Source: Candidatus Halomonas stercoripullorum (GTDB lineage Bacteria; Pseudomonadota; Gammaproteobacteria; Pseudomonadales; Halomonadaceae). Taken from it: 34,337 bases of DNA. Each line of letters opens with the position of its first letter. The first letter of the stretch is position 1. Below are positions 9,154-21,044 of this stretch, in pieces. A model generated the notes under the pieces. That model had not been told where the DNA came from. It saw only the letters and a program-made list of their open reading frames with translations, and made no database searches. The position numbers and the translations under genes were made by a program. Where the stretch lies: contig DXFC01000325.1 in NCBI GenBank assembly GCA_019114645.1, forward strand, positions 1 to 34,337, written 5' to 3'.

Positions 9154-9681
9154 TCAGCGCTCCGGCTGCAACGTCATGCGGATGCGCTGCCGCCCTTCGA
9201 CGCCCTCCGCCTCGGCGCGGGCCTGGACGACGCGGCGATCAAGGAAATACTCCAGATAACCACCATCGAAGGTGTCACCGGCCTGGTGCAGCTCGGCCCG
9301 GTCGATCAGTTCCACGCGGCGCTCGGCCACATGGTAGACAATGGTGCGACCCCAGCCGCGTATGACCGGCTCCTGGGGGTCGGGTTGCTGTTCGATGTAG
9401 GCACGTTCGCCGTAGGCGGTGGCGCGCGAAAGTTCGCCGGCGGCGTTGCGCTGGAGTTCTACACGGTCTCCGGTAAGTTGCATGCTGCCTTGGCGGATAT
9501 GGACCTCGCCGGTGTAAATCGCAGTGCCGGCCTGGTCGTCCAGGTCGAGACGGTCGGCCTCGACTTCGACAGGCTGGTCGGCGTCGTTCTGCTGTGCCAT
9601 GGCGGGCCCAGTGCTCCAGGCCAGGCCGGATAGTGCCACAGCGAGCAGCGTCGATGCGAGCGGGGACGTGTGTCGCTTCAT
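9154..9681 (-). CDS. lptA: LPS transport periplasmic protein LptA
   Basis: Signal peptide, [22 protein letters not shown]-terminal RIRMTLQP. Lies between lptC and lptB. Confidence 0.92.
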   Translation of the reverse strand: MKRHTSPLASTLLAVALSGLAWSTGPAMAQQNDADQPVEVEADRLDLDDQAGTAIYTGEVHIRQGSMQLTGDRVELQRNAAGELSRATAYGERAYIEQQPDPQEPVIRGWGRTIVYHVAERRVELIDRAELHQAGDTFDGGYLEYFLDRRVVQARAEAEGVEGRQRIRMTLQPER

Positions 9682-10298
9682 GGCGTAAATTCCTCCAGGG
9701 TGATAGGGGTTGCCGGCTCGTGCTGGGCGCCTTCCGGTGGGTGGTGGCCGCGGACATTGTGTGACAAGCGAGCCTGGTTGTCATGGATCCAGGCATCGAA
9801 ACGCTCCCCGCGCATGCGCTGGGGAGGTTGCTGAAGCAGTGCCGGTGTATCGCTCCAGGCGTGGCCCGTATCGGCATCGAAGTGCAGGATGTCGGTATCG
9901 AGCTGCCAGCGTTCCTGTGGTGCAAACAGGCGGGCATCACCGGATAGCATCAAGGGGTTGCCGCCCGGACCCAGGCGCCCGATCTGGCCACTGGCCACCC
10001 ATAAGCGCCCTTCCTGGTCAATAAGGTGGGCCAGTGGCGTCACAGCGCGAATGACATCGTCGTGAGGGGTATGTACCAGGCGTGGGCTCTCCAGCCGCTG
10101 GTGAGCGTTGCCGGTGGCATCGAAACGGGTCATCCGGGCCATTTCAAGCACGAAGTCGGGCTCGCCGGCTTCATCGCGGGGGACCGGGCCGGGAGGTGTG
10201 ACCTGGCGGGGGTCCAGCCAGGCAATGATGCCGCCAACCAAGAGCAGCAGTAGCGCCATCCAGATGCGGAATGAAGGGCGAGCCAGGCGCACACGCAT
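9678..10298 (-). CDS. lptC: LPS export protein LptC
   Basis: N-terminal TM helix, then EPDFVLEM..RFDATG, LDTDILHFD, NVRGHH. Start trimmed to the ATG at 10298. Synteny kdsC-lptC-lptA. Confidence 0.88.
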   Translation of the reverse strand: MRVRLARPSFRIWMALLLLLVGGIIAWLDPRQVTPPGPVPRDEAGEPDFVLEMARMTRFDATGNAHQRLESPRLVHTPHDDVIRAVTPLAHLIDQEGRLWVASGQIGRLGPGGNPLMLSGDARLFAPQERWQLDTDILHFDADTGHAWSDTPALLQQPPQRMRGERFDAWIHDNQARLSHNVRGHHPPEGAQHEPATPITLEEFTP

Positions 10299-10312
10299 CA
10301 GCCATTTACCTC

Positions 10313-10870
10313 TTATCGAGTGCCGTGCAGGTAGGTGTCGAGCAAGGCGCCACGATGCCCTTGTGCCAGCAGTAGCATATCGCAAATTTCACGTGCTGCG
10401 CCGTAGCCACCGTCGCGTTCGGTAATGAGGTCGGCCCTGGCGCGAATGTAGGAGGGAGCGCCAGGCACCGTGAAGCTGACACCAACACGCTGGATGACCG
10501 CGAGGTCAGGCAGGTCATCGCCGCAATAGGCGACCTGATCGAGCCCTATGGCTTCACTGCGGCACAGCTCGCGGAGTGTGCTGAGCTTGTCTTGGCAGTT
10601 TTGAAACACATGTTTTATGCCCAGGTGATTGGCGCGCTGACTGACCATGGGGGACTCGCGGCCGGTAATGAAGGCTACGTGCAGACCTGCCCGCTGCAGT
10701 AATTGGAGGCCCAGGCCATCCAGCGTATGAAAGGCCTTGATCTCGATGCCGTCCGACTGGAAGTAGAGGCGACCGTCGGTAAGCACACCGTCAACATCTA
10801 GTGCCAGCAGGCGGATTTTACGCAAACGTTTCAGTAGATCGGGGGCGAGTTCAGAGCTGGCCGGCACCAT
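10313..10870 (-). CDS. kdsC: KDO-8-phosphate phosphatase (HAD family)
   Basis: LDVDGVLTDG, ITGRES, GDDLPD, GGYGAAREICD. Confidence 0.95.
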   Translation of the reverse strand: MVPASSELAPDLLKRLRKIRLLALDVDGVLTDGRLYFQSDGIEIKAFHTLDGLGLQLLQRAGLHVAFITGRESPMVSQRANHLGIKHVFQNCQDKLSTLRELCRSEAIGLDQVAYCGDDLPDLAVIQRVGVSFTVPGAPSYIRARADLITERDGGYGAAREICDMLLLAQGHRGALLDTYLHGTR

Positions 10871-10923
10871 GGGTTTCCCTTGTCCGTTGAGAGTGTGTGT
10901 TAAGCAATATCGGCTAAAGAGGT

Positions 10924-11931
10924 TTAGATGACACCGCTGCGCAGCAAGTCGTGCATGTGCAAGGCTCCGACTGGCTGGCCCTCGGCGTTAACCACGGCTA
11001 GCGCAGTGATGCGGTTATCTTCCATCAGGCGCACCGCCTCGGCTGCCAGCACATCGGGGGTCGTACGTTTGCCGGGACGCGTCATGACGTCATCCACTTT
11101 CAGGCTGCTGAGGTCATGATGCTGGTCCAGGGTCCGGCGAAGATCACCATCGGTATAGACGCCGATCAGCAGATTACGTTCGTCCACCACGCAGGTAAAG
11201 CCGAGTCCCTGGCGGGTGATTTCAAGTAGCGCATCCCGCAGCGAGCTACCCAGCGGCACTATCGGCAAGCGCTCTCCTTCGTGCATCAGGTCGCCAACGC
11301 GCAGCAGCAAGCGTTTGCCCAGGCTGCCGCCGGGGTGTGAGCGAGCAAAATCTTCGGCGGTAAAGCCGCGGGTTTCCAGCAGGGCTACCGCCAGGGCATC
11401 ACCCAGCGCCAGCGCGGCGGTCGTCGAAGCGGTGGGGGCCAGGTCGAGAGGGCACGCCTCGCGAGCCACTCCGGCATTGAGGTGAGCGTCGGCATGGCGG
11501 GCCAGGGTGGAGCCGGGGCGGCCCGTCATGCTGATCAGGGGGGTGCCCAAGCGCTTGAGCAGTGGCAACAATGCAGTGACTTCAGCCGTCTCGCCGGAGT
11601 TCGATAGTGCCAGCACCACATCACCAGGCGTCACCATGCCGAGGTCGCCGTGGCTGGCTTCGCCAGGGTGGACGAAAAAAGCCGGTGTGCCGGTGCTGGC
11701 CAATGTTGCCGCAATTTTGCCGGCAATATGCCCCGACTTGCCCATGCCGGTGACCACCACGCGGCCCTGGCAAGCGAGGAGGAGCTCACAGGCGTGATCA
11801 AAATGGTCGTCGAGTCGTTCGGCGAGGGCGGCAATGGCCTGCTGCTCAATCTTCAAGGTACGTCGGGCGCTCTCTCTGAAGCTGGTAGAGGCGCCTGGCA
11901 TCTGGGATGGCGAGGTGTCGGGGTGAGTCAT
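10924..11931 (-). CDS. kdsD: Arabinose-5-phosphate isomerase (KpsF/GutQ family, SIS plus CBS domains)
   Basis: GMGKSGHIAGKIAATLASTGTP, HPGEASHGDLG, EACPLDLAPTAST, HPGGSLG, TDGDLRR. Confidence 0.96.
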   Translation of the reverse strand: MTHPDTSPSQMPGASTSFRESARRTLKIEQQAIAALAERLDDHFDHACELLLACQGRVVVTGMGKSGHIAGKIAATLASTGTPAFFVHPGEASHGDLGMVTPGDVVLALSNSGETAEVTALLPLLKRLGTPLISMTGRPGSTLARHADAHLNAGVAREACPLDLAPTASTTAALALGDALAVALLETRGFTAEDFARSHPGGSLGKRLLLRVGDLMHEGERLPIVPLGSSLRDALLEITRQGLGFTCVVDERNLLIGVYTDGDLRRTLDQHHDLSSLKVDDVMTRPGKRTTPDVLAAEAVRLMEDNRITALAVVNAEGQPVGALHMHDLLRSGVI

Positions 11932-12119
11932 GGCAATGGTGGTGACCGGTGCTGGGTTTACTCAAGGGTGGCACTCCCAGTGACGACGTGCCAGGTGGCT
12001 TACCAGACTGGGGGTGCGAGATCGGGGGAGGCAGAGTGCCATATTAGACGTTTTCGCTGCGCTGGGTGCAAGCGTTCGGTTGATAGTGTACTGGCGTCGA
12101 ACGGCGTGGTTAGGATACG

Positions 12120-12962
12120 ATGTTCGATAACTTTTCCAGGTTGGCCAGTATGTTCGATTCACTCCTCGTGGAGGTGAAAGGATTACGCTTCTCGCGCGGC
12201 GAGAGGCAGATTTTTCGCGGCGTCGAGCTGCGGATTCCCCGTGGTCGTATTACCGCCATCATGGGCCCCAGCGGAACCGGCAAGACCACGTTGCTCAAGC
12301 TGATGGGAGGGCAACTGGTACCTGACGCAGGCGAGGTTCTGGTCGAAGGGCAGGACATCCACGGCCTGTCGCGCAAGGCGCTGTTCGGCTTGCGTCGACG
12401 CATGGGCATGCTGTTTCAGAGCGGGGCGCTATTTTCCGACCTGAACGTCTTTGAAAATGTGGCGTTCCCGTTACGTGTGCATACCGATCTGCCCGAGGCC
12501 ATGGTGCGTGATCTGGTGCTGATGAAGCTGGAAGCGGTTGGGTTGCGTGGTGCCCGTGAGCTAATGCCTTCCGAACTGTCAGGCGGCATGGCGCGTCGTG
12601 TGGCATTGGCGCGTGCCATTGCGCTCGACCCCGACCTGGTCCTTTACGATGAGCCATTCGTGGGGCAGGACCCGATTTCCAAAGGCATTCTGGTGAAGCT
12701 GATCAAGCAGCTCAACGAGGCGCTGGGCCTTACCTCTGTGGTGGTGTCGCACGACATTGCCGAAACACTCTCTATCGCCGACTACGTTTATGTCATCGCC
12801 GATGGCCAGGTCATGGCACAGGGCACGCCGGCCGGGCTGGATGTCGATGAGGACCCGCGGGTCAGGCAGTTCGTTCATGGTGAACCTGATGGGCCGGTCC
12901 CTTTTCATTACGCGGCGCCGGATTTTCTGCAGGATATCCTGGTGCGGGAGGACCGGGCATGA
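12120..12962 (+). CDS. mlaF: Mla phospholipid ABC transporter ATPase MlaF
   Basis: [55 protein letters not shown]. Alternative start at 12150. Confidence 0.95.
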   Translation: MFDNFSRLASMFDSLLVEVKGLRFSRGERQIFRGVELRIPRGRITAIMGPSGTGKTTLLKLMGGQLVPDAGEVLVEGQDIHGLSRKALFGLRRRMGMLFQSGALFSDLNVFENVAFPLRVHTDLPEAMVRDLVLMKLEAVGLRGARELMPSELSGGMARRVALARAIALDPDLVLYDEPFVGQDPISKGILVKLIKQLNEALGLTSVVVSHDIAETLSIADYVYVIADGQVMAQGTPAGLDVDEDPRVRQFVHGEPDGPVPFHYAAPDFLQDILVREDRA

Positions 12963-13741
12963 TCAGGCGTATTCACGCTCTCGGGCGGCGTGGCTGTGAC
13001 ATGCTTGAAGCGCTGGGGCGATCGGCGGTCTTTCTTGCCCGGGCATCGCTGGGAGTTCCGGCACGGGAAGGCTGGTACTTATGGCTCCGGCAGATGCACT
13101 TTGTCGGGGTGCTGTCGCTCGCCATCATCGTGGTATCGGGCCTGTTTATCGGCATGGTGCTGGCGCTGCAGGGCTATACCATTCTGGTTGACTTTGGGGC
13201 CGAGCAGGCGCTGGGCCAGATGGTGGCGCTCTCGCTGTTGCGTGAGCTATCGCCGGTAGTGGCGGCCCTGCTGTTCGCCGGTCGTGCCGGCTCGGCGCTC
13301 ACTGCCGAAATCGGCCTGATGAAGGCTACCGAGCAGCTCACCAGCATGGAAATGATCGGGGTCGACCCGCTGCGCCGGGTGGTGGCGCCCAGGCTGTGGG
13401 CCGGCTTTGTGGCCCTGCCGCTACTGACCGTCGGTTTCAGTGTCGTCGGCGTCTATGGCGGGTACCTGGTCGGGGTCCAGTGGCTGGGTGTCTTCGAGGG
13501 CTCTTACTGGAGCAACATGCAAAGCAGTGTCAGTTTTATAGCTGATGTCGGCAACGGCATGATCAAGAGCCTGGTATTCGCCTTGGTGGTGACCTGGATT
13601 GCGGTATTCCAGGGGTACGACCTGGTGCCGACGGCAGAAGGGATCTCGCGTGCTACTACGCGCACCGTAGTCTACTCCTCGCTCTCGGTGCTGGGGCTCG
13701 ATTTCGTCTTGACTGCAGTGATGTTCGGAGGGTTCTCCTGA
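12959..13741 (+). CDS. mlaE: Mla permease MlaE
   Basis: [50 protein letters not shown]. Confidence 0.96.
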   Translation: MIRRIHALGRRGCDMLEALGRSAVFLARASLGVPAREGWYLWLRQMHFVGVLSLAIIVVSGLFIGMVLALQGYTILVDFGAEQALGQMVALSLLRELSPVVAALLFAGRAGSALTAEIGLMKATEQLTSMEMIGVDPLRRVVAPRLWAGFVALPLLTVGFSVVGVYGGYLVGVQWLGVFEGSYWSNMQSSVSFIADVGNGMIKSLVFALVVTWIAVFQGYDLVPTAEGISRATTRTVVYSSLSVLGLDFVLTAVMFGGFS

Positions 13742-13778
13742 TGCTAGGTCGCAATTTTTCGCTGGATGGGGTGACAGG

Positions 13779-14243
13779 ATGAAGCGCGGCAAGACAATGG
13801 AGCTGGGGGTCGGCCTGTTCATGCTGGCCGGCATTCTGGGATTGCTGTTTCTGGGGCTGCGGGTGAGTGGGCTGACATTCAGCATGCCTGGCGAGACCTT
13901 CCGGCTTGAGGCGAATTTCGCCAATATCGGTAGTCTCAAGCCGCGGGCGCGGGTCACCATGGCTGGTGTCACGGTTGGACGGGTGAGCGCCATTGATCTC
14001 GATACCGACTGGTACGATGCACGGGTCATCCTGGAGCTGGATGCCGAGCTGGAAGGCCAGTTGTCCCGCGATACGACCGCCGCCATTCTGACGGCGGGCT
14101 TGTTGGGTGAACAGTATATCGGGCTCTCTGTGGGGGGGGATCCCGAGATGCTTGCCGATGGCGACGTTATTCGCGATACCCAGTCTGCGCTGGTGCTGGA
14201 GGAACTGATCCAGCAGTTCGTGTCCAATATGGTGGGTGATTAG
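13779..14243 (+). CDS. mlaD: MCE-domain protein MlaD
   Basis: ELGVGLF TM, FANIGSLK..VTMAGVTVGRV, ILTAGLLGEQYI, TQSALVLEELI. Confidence 0.96.
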   Translation: MKRGKTMELGVGLFMLAGILGLLFLGLRVSGLTFSMPGETFRLEANFANIGSLKPRARVTMAGVTVGRVSAIDLDTDWYDARVILELDAELEGQLSRDTTAAILTAGLLGEQYIGLSVGGDPEMLADGDVIRDTQSALVLEELIQQFVSNMVGD

Positions 14244-14263
14244 TGTTCAACCGGGATGGTTCC

Positions 14264-14926
14264 ATGATTCAAATGACATTTCCTTTTGCACTGCTGCGCC
14301 GTTGGTTGCTGGGCTTGAGTCTGGTGCTTGTCAGCTTGTCGGCAACCGCTGCACCCGAACGTTCCCCGGAGCAGGTTATTCGTGACAGTGTTGACGAGCT
14401 GATGGGGCAAATCGAAGGTAACCGGGATTACTACGTCAATAATCTGGACGAGCTGGAAGCGCTGGTCGACGACAGCCTCGACGACATTGCCAACTTCCGC
14501 TACATCGGTGCCAGCGTGATGGGGCGCTATTTTCAGAACGCGACACCCGAACAGCGTACGCGCTTTGCCAATGTCTTCCGCCAGACGCTGATCGATACTT
14601 ATACCAAAGGGCTGGTGACCTTTGACTACCGTGAGTTGCGAGTGCTTGAGGGGCAGCGTGCGCCGCGCCATGAGGATCAGGCTTCGGTCGCCATGGAGGT
14701 GGTCGCCATGGATGGTACCGTTTATCCGGTCAGCTATACCCTGCGTCTGGCGGACGAGCAGTGGAAAGTGGTCAATGTCATCGTCAATGGCATTAACCTG
14801 GGCCTGACGTTCCGCAATCAATTCGACCAGGCCATGCGTGATCATGGGCGTGATTACGACGCCGTGATTGCCGGCTGGGCGCCAGAAATTGCCACGGAAG
14901 AGCTTGAGGCGGGCGGGAGTAGATGA
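14264..14926 (+). CDS. mlaC: Periplasmic phospholipid-binding protein MlaC (Ttg2D)
   Basis: Signal peptide, VMGRY...ATPEQR, WKVVNVIVNGINLGLTFRNQF. Start uncertain (14243, 14264 or 14273). Confidence 0.92.
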   Translation: MIQMTFPFALLRRWLLGLSLVLVSLSATAAPERSPEQVIRDSVDELMGQIEGNRDYYVNNLDELEALVDDSLDDIANFRYIGASVMGRYFQNATPEQRTRFANVFRQTLIDTYTKGLVTFDYRELRVLEGQRAPRHEDQASVAMEVVAMDGTVYPVSYTLRLADEQWKVVNVIVNGINLGLTFRNQFDQAMRDHGRDYDAVIAGWAPEIATEELEAGGSR

Positions 14927-15249
14927 CGCCGTTGCTTGAGAGTGGCCCACTGGCATTGAAAGCCGGTGCCCATGGTTTGGTGGTACAGGGTGTTGTCGAT
15001 TTCGATACCGCTGCGGCGTTGGCCAGGGCCGGTAGTGCCTGGATGCGGGAGCAGCCGGCGGGAAGCCGGGTGGTACTGGATTTGACGGGTATCGAGCATA
15101 TCAGCAGTGCGGCATTGAGCGTTCTGCTCGAATGGTTGCGCCAGGCGCGATCAGTGAATGTTGTGATCCAGAATGTGGAGCTGTCGACACCGCTGGCACG
15201 ATTGACGGCGGTAGCAGGCCTTGATGCGCTACTTCCTGCCGGCGATTAA
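14923..15249 (+). CDS. mlaB: STAS-domain protein MlaB
   Basis: 108 aa STAS fold (LDLTGIEHISSAALSVLLEWLR). Last gene of mlaFEDCB. Confidence 0.88.
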   Translation: MTPLLESGPLALKAGAHGLVVQGVVDFDTAAALARAGSAWMREQPAGSRVVLDLTGIEHISSAALSVLLEWLRQARSVNVVIQNVELSTPLARLTAVAGLDALLPAGD

Positions 15250-15363
15250 AGCCTGATCGCCAAACCCGCTGCTTTTCATTACCATGTAGGCATCTTTTAT
15301 TGGCCACATTCCTCTACCGCAGGAGGCGGGCCGCTTCATTCGTCCCACAGGAGTTATTTTTAC

Positions 15364-16909
<1,546 letters not shown>

Positions 16910-16947
16910 GTGAACCGAGCCGATAGTCTCCGATCATAGGCGAGACC

Positions 16948-17610
16948 ATGAGCAATCAATTAATTCTGGCCCTGTCGAAGGGCCGTATCCTCGATGAAAC
17001 ACTGCCGCTATTGGCGGATGCCGGCATTGTACCGGCCGAGGACCTGGGCAAGAGTCGCAAGCTACTGTTCGACACCAATCTGGACGCGGTCAAGTTGGTG
17101 GTGATACGTGCCACAGACGTCCCGACCTATGTGCAGCTGGGGGCTGCCGACCTGGGTGTGGCGGGCAAGGATGTGCTGCTTGAGCACGGTGCCGAGGGGC
17201 TTTACGAGCCACTTGATCTTGAAATTGCCAAGTGCCGCTTGATGACGGCGGGCATTGACGGAGCGGTTGCGGCCCGGGCGCGACGCCGGGTAGCGACCAA
17301 GTTCGTCAATGTGGCGCGACGCCACTATGCCGAGCAGGGTATCCAGGCTGAGGTGATCAAGCTGTACGGTGCCATGGAGCTGGCACCATTGATGAACCTG
17401 GCTGACGAGATCGTCGATATCGTTGATACGGGCAACACACTGCGCGCCAACGGCATGTCACCCCGCGAGCTGATCGCCACGATCAGCACGCGTTTGGTAG
17501 TCAACAAGGCGGCCATGACCATGAAGCATGCGCAGCTCAAGCCGTTGATCGCACGCCTGGCCCAAGCGGTGGAAAAGCGTCGTACCGGCGAAGCCTGCCC
17601 GGACCGCTAG
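16948..17610 (+). CDS. hisG: ATP phosphoribosyltransferase, short form (HisZ-dependent)
   Basis: [45 protein letters not shown]. 220 aa, no C-terminal regulatory domain. Confidence 0.96.
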   Translation: MSNQLILALSKGRILDETLPLLADAGIVPAEDLGKSRKLLFDTNLDAVKLVVIRATDVPTYVQLGAADLGVAGKDVLLEHGAEGLYEPLDLEIAKCRLMTAGIDGAVAARARRRVATKFVNVARRHYAEQGIQAEVIKLYGAMELAPLMNLADEIVDIVDTGNTLRANGMSPRELIATISTRLVVNKAAMTMKHAQLKPLIARLAQAVEKRRTGEACPDR

Positions 17611-17651
17611 GCATGCCACAAAGCAGACAAGAGATAGAGGCAACTACGACC

Positions 17652-18977
17652 ATGAGCGAGACTTCTGCTGCAGCCGTCGACATGACGCGGCTTTCCACTT
17701 CCGATCCTGACTTCAGTGCCCGCCTCGACGCCTTGCTGGCCTGGGAGGGAGTGTCCGACCACGAGGTCCAGCAGCGTGTCGCTGACATCATTGCGGGAGT
17801 CAGGGAGCGGGGTGATGCGGCCCTGGTTGACTATACCCACCGCTTTGATCGTTTGAATGTGACCGGCATGGCCGAGTTGACGCTTGATGCTGCGCGTCTC
17901 GAACAGGCGTACCGCGGCTTGCCTCAGGAGCAGCGGGATGCGCTGACCCAGGCGGCCGAGCGTATCCGGCTTTATCACGAACACCAGAAGTCCACGTCCT
18001 GGTCCTATGTGGAAGACGACGGTACTGTTCTGGGTCAACAGGTGACACCGCTGGATCGTGCCGGTATCTATGTTCCGGGTGGCAAGGCGGCCTATCCCTC
18101 ATCGGTATTGATGAACGCGATACCCGCGCATGTTGCCGGGGTGCGTGAAATCGTCATGGTGGTGCCCACGCCTGATGGTGTGCTCAATGAACTGGTACTG
18201 GCAGCGGCGCACCTGGCGGGCGTGCAGCACGTCTTTACCATTGGGGGCGCACAGGCGGTGGCGGCCATGGCGTATGGCACCGAAAGCGTTCCGCGTGTGG
18301 ACAAGATTGTCGGGCCGGGCAATATCTATGTAGCCACCGCCAAGCGTGCTGTCTTTGGCCAGGTGGGTATCGACATGATCGCTGGCCCTTCGGAGATTCT
18401 GGTGGTGTCTGATGGCGCCACTGATCCGGATTGGCTGGCGATGGATCTGTTCTCTCAGGCGGAACATGACGAGGATGCCCAGGCGCTGTTGATCAGTTGG
18501 GATGAGCAGCACTTGGCGCAAGTCGAAGCTTCCATTGCGCGCTTGCTGCCGACACTGGAGCGTGAAGCCATCGTGCGTGAGTCACTGGCCCGGCGGGGCG
18601 CCTTGATCCACTGTCGTGGCCGTGGAGAGGCGGTAGAGTTGATCAACCGCATCGCACCGGAGCACCTGGAGCTCTCCATGGCCGATCCGGAAGCCTTGTT
18701 GCCCGAAGTGCGCCACGCCGGTGCCATCTTCATGGGGCGCTACACGGCAGAAGTGCTGGGCGATTACTGTGCCGGCCCCAATCATGTGCTGCCGACATCC
18801 GGTACTGCGCGCTTCTCTTCGCCACTGGGGGTTTACGACTTCCTGAAGCGCTCGTCGGTTATTCATTGCTCCGAGGCGGGCGCTTCGGCGTTGGGCCGGG
18901 TGGCATCGGTGCTTGCACGCGGCGAATCGTTAACGGCACATGCCCGCTCTGCAGAGTACCGAATCAAGGCCAGGTAA
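17652..18977 (+). CDS. hisD: Histidinol dehydrogenase
   Basis: [53 protein letters not shown] at 17652 has SD AGAGG; the ORF track starts at 17613. Confidence 0.97.
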   Translation: MSETSAAAVDMTRLSTSDPDFSARLDALLAWEGVSDHEVQQRVADIIAGVRERGDAALVDYTHRFDRLNVTGMAELTLDAARLEQAYRGLPQEQRDALTQAAERIRLYHEHQKSTSWSYVEDDGTVLGQQVTPLDRAGIYVPGGKAAYPSSVLMNAIPAHVAGVREIVMVVPTPDGVLNELVLAAAHLAGVQHVFTIGGAQAVAAMAYGTESVPRVDKIVGPGNIYVATAKRAVFGQVGIDMIAGPSEILVVSDGATDPDWLAMDLFSQAEHDEDAQALLISWDEQHLAQVEASIARLLPTLEREAIVRESLARRGALIHCRGRGEAVELINRIAPEHLELSMADPEALLPEVRHAGAIFMGRYTAEVLGDYCAGPNHVLPTSGTARFSSPLGVYDFLKRSSVIHCSEAGASALGRVASVLARGESLTAHARSAEYRIKAR

Positions 18978-18997
18978 CGCTGCAGGTCGGCGGTGGG

Positions 18998-20146
18998 TCA
19001 ACGTTCAAGCCGCCGATTTGACGCAGGTAGCGGACGTTCTCCCACTTCCAGCTCTACGGTGAACACTTTGCCGCTGCGCACTAGCGTCAGCGGCAAGGCT
19101 GCGCCTGGCTGGATTAACGCAATATCACTCATGGCAATTCGCGCATCAAGCACCGGGCTGCCGTTGATTTCCAGCAGCACGTCGCCCGGCTGCAGCCCGG
19201 CCCGGTCGGCCGGGCCTGTCGGGACCACTCCTGAAATCACCAGGCCGCGTGGCACCTGCAAGCCGAAGGAGGCCGCCAGCTCAGGCGTGAGTTCCTGCGC
19301 TTCGATACCTAGCCAGCCGCGAATGACACGACCCTGGGTGATCAGGTCTTCCAGAATGGCATTGGCCAACAAGGTCGGAATGGCAAAGCCAACACCCTGA
19401 GACCCGCCGGAGCGGGAAAAAATCGCGGTGTTGATGCCGACTAGAGCGCCTTCGGCATCAATCAGGGCACCACCGGAATTGCCCGGGTTGATGGCAGCAT
19501 CGGTCTGGATAAAATCTTCGTAAGCACTCAAGCCCAGATGACTGCGCCCTGTGGCGCTGATGATGCCCATGGTGACGGTTTGGCCAACCCCGAAGGGGTT
19601 GCCGATGGCCATGACGATGTCGCCGACCGCCACCTGTTCGGAATCCGCCAGGGTGATGACAGGCAGTGTCTCGAGGGCGATACGTAACACCGCCAGGTCG
19701 CTCTCCGGGTCGGTGCCGATCACTTCCGCCAAGGTTTCTCTGCCGTCGCGTAGTGCTACACGGATTTCATCGGCCCCGTCAATGACATGATGGTTGGTCA
19801 GCACATAGCCATCCTCGCTGACGATAACGCCGGAACCCAGGCTCGACAGCAGTCGCTGGTGCTGGGGCAGCTCATCACCAAAAAACTGACGAAAGAACGG
19901 ATCGGACATCAGTGGATGTTCTTCCCGGGCAACGACCCGTGAGGAGTAGATATTGACTACCGCCGGCGCGGCCCGCTCGACCGCCGCCGAGTAACTGACC
20001 GGCCCCTGCTGACGGTCCAGTGAAGGGGTGGTTAGCTCGGGCGCTGTTGGGCGCTGAAGCAGTTGGGGGAATGTATTGAGCAAGACAATGGCCAACAGCA
20101 CACCGATAAGAGTGGGCAGGGTGTAGGCAGAGAGAAAGCGTCGCAT
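18998..20146 (-). CDS. degS: DegS/AlgW-type HtrA serine protease (TM anchor, protease domain, one PDZ)
   Basis: N-terminal TM, TNHHV (His), DLAVL (Asp), QTDAAINPGNSGG (Ser), single PDZ (RGWLGI). Occupies the algW position next to a Nif3 gene. Confidence 0.85.
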   Translation of the reverse strand: MRRFLSAYTLPTLIGVLLAIVLLNTFPQLLQRPTAPELTTPSLDRQQGPVSYSAAVERAAPAVVNIYSSRVVAREEHPLMSDPFFRQFFGDELPQHQRLLSSLGSGVIVSEDGYVLTNHHVIDGADEIRVALRDGRETLAEVIGTDPESDLAVLRIALETLPVITLADSEQVAVGDIVMAIGNPFGVGQTVTMGIISATGRSHLGLSAYEDFIQTDAAINPGNSGGALIDAEGALVGINTAIFSRSGGSQGVGFAIPTLLANAILEDLITQGRVIRGWLGIEAQELTPELAASFGLQVPRGLVISGVVPTGPADRAGLQPGDVLLEINGSPVLDARIAMSDIALIQPGAALPLTLVRSGKVFTVELEVGERPLPASNRRLER

Positions 20147-20245
20147 GCGGCCTTCCTGGTAGGCGGGCGTCGATGAGCTACCGCACAGTGATTACAATGG
20201 TCAGGATTGTAACATCGACATCTTGCTACTGTCCGGGGAGGCAGA

Positions 20246-21007
20246 ATGATCTTGCGAAATGATGTGGTACGGGCCTGCGATAGCCTGCTGGGGGCGCCTG
20301 CTTTCAAGGATTACACCGTCAATGGTTTGCAGGTGGCGGGCCGGGAGGAAGTGAGGCGGGTGATGAGCGGGGTCACCGCCTGCCAGGCACTGCTTGATGA
20401 GGCGGTAGCCTGGGAGGCCGATATGTTGCTGGTTCATCACGGTTATTTCTGGAAGAACGAGCCGGTGCCGATTACGGGGATCAAGCAGCGCCGCATTCGT
20501 ACCTTGTTGCTTAACGATATCAATCTACTTGCCTATCACTTGCCGCTTGATGCCCATGCTGAAATCGGCAACAACGCCGAGCTGGCAAGACGGCTTGGTC
20601 TGCAAGTGGAGGGCTGTGCCGACGGTGAGCTTGGTCAAGGGCTAGTGTGGCTGGGCAGCCTGGCGGAGCCCATGGCGCCTGCAGCGCTGGCTTGCTTGAT
20701 TGATGAGCGGTTGCAGCGCCCGCCGCTGCTGATCGAAGCGCCCCGCAAGGCGACGATCCAGCGTGTGGCATGGTGCACCGGCGGGGCGCAGGATTATATT
20801 ACCCAGGCCTGGGAGGCGGGTGCGGACGCCTTCATCTCGGGTGAGATCTCCGAGCGCACTACGCACCTGGCACGTGAGCTTGGCATCCACTACTTTGCGG
20901 CGGGCCACCACGCCACCGAGCGCTATGGAGTCCAGGCGCTGGGTGGCTGGCTTGAGCGTGAGTTTGGTGTCGAGCACCGCTTTGTGGATATTGATAACCC
21001 TGCCTGA
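20246..21007 (+). CDS. ybgI: Nif3-like dinuclear metal centre hexameric protein (YbgI/DUF34)
   Basis: DYTVNGLQV, VHHGYFW, YHLPLDAH..GNN, CTGGAQ, GHHATERYG, DIDNPA. Confidence 0.93.
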   Translation: MILRNDVVRACDSLLGAPAFKDYTVNGLQVAGREEVRRVMSGVTACQALLDEAVAWEADMLLVHHGYFWKNEPVPITGIKQRRIRTLLLNDINLLAYHLPLDAHAEIGNNAELARRLGLQVEGCADGELGQGLVWLGSLAEPMAPAALACLIDERLQRPPLLIEAPRKATIQRVAWCTGGAQDYITQAWEAGADAFISGEISERTTHLARELGIHYFAAGHHATERYGVQALGGWLEREFGVEHRFVDIDNPA

Positions 21008-21044
21008 GCGGGCGGGGGATCCGGGGCGGCGATCGGTCCCGGAC

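Noticed and set aside
11969-12041. TGGCAC/GTGCCA inverted copies in the kdsD-mlaF gap resembling sigma-54 -24 boxes
   Set aside because: None has a correctly spaced -12 GC. Stems of 6-8 bp are within chance for GC-rich DNA.
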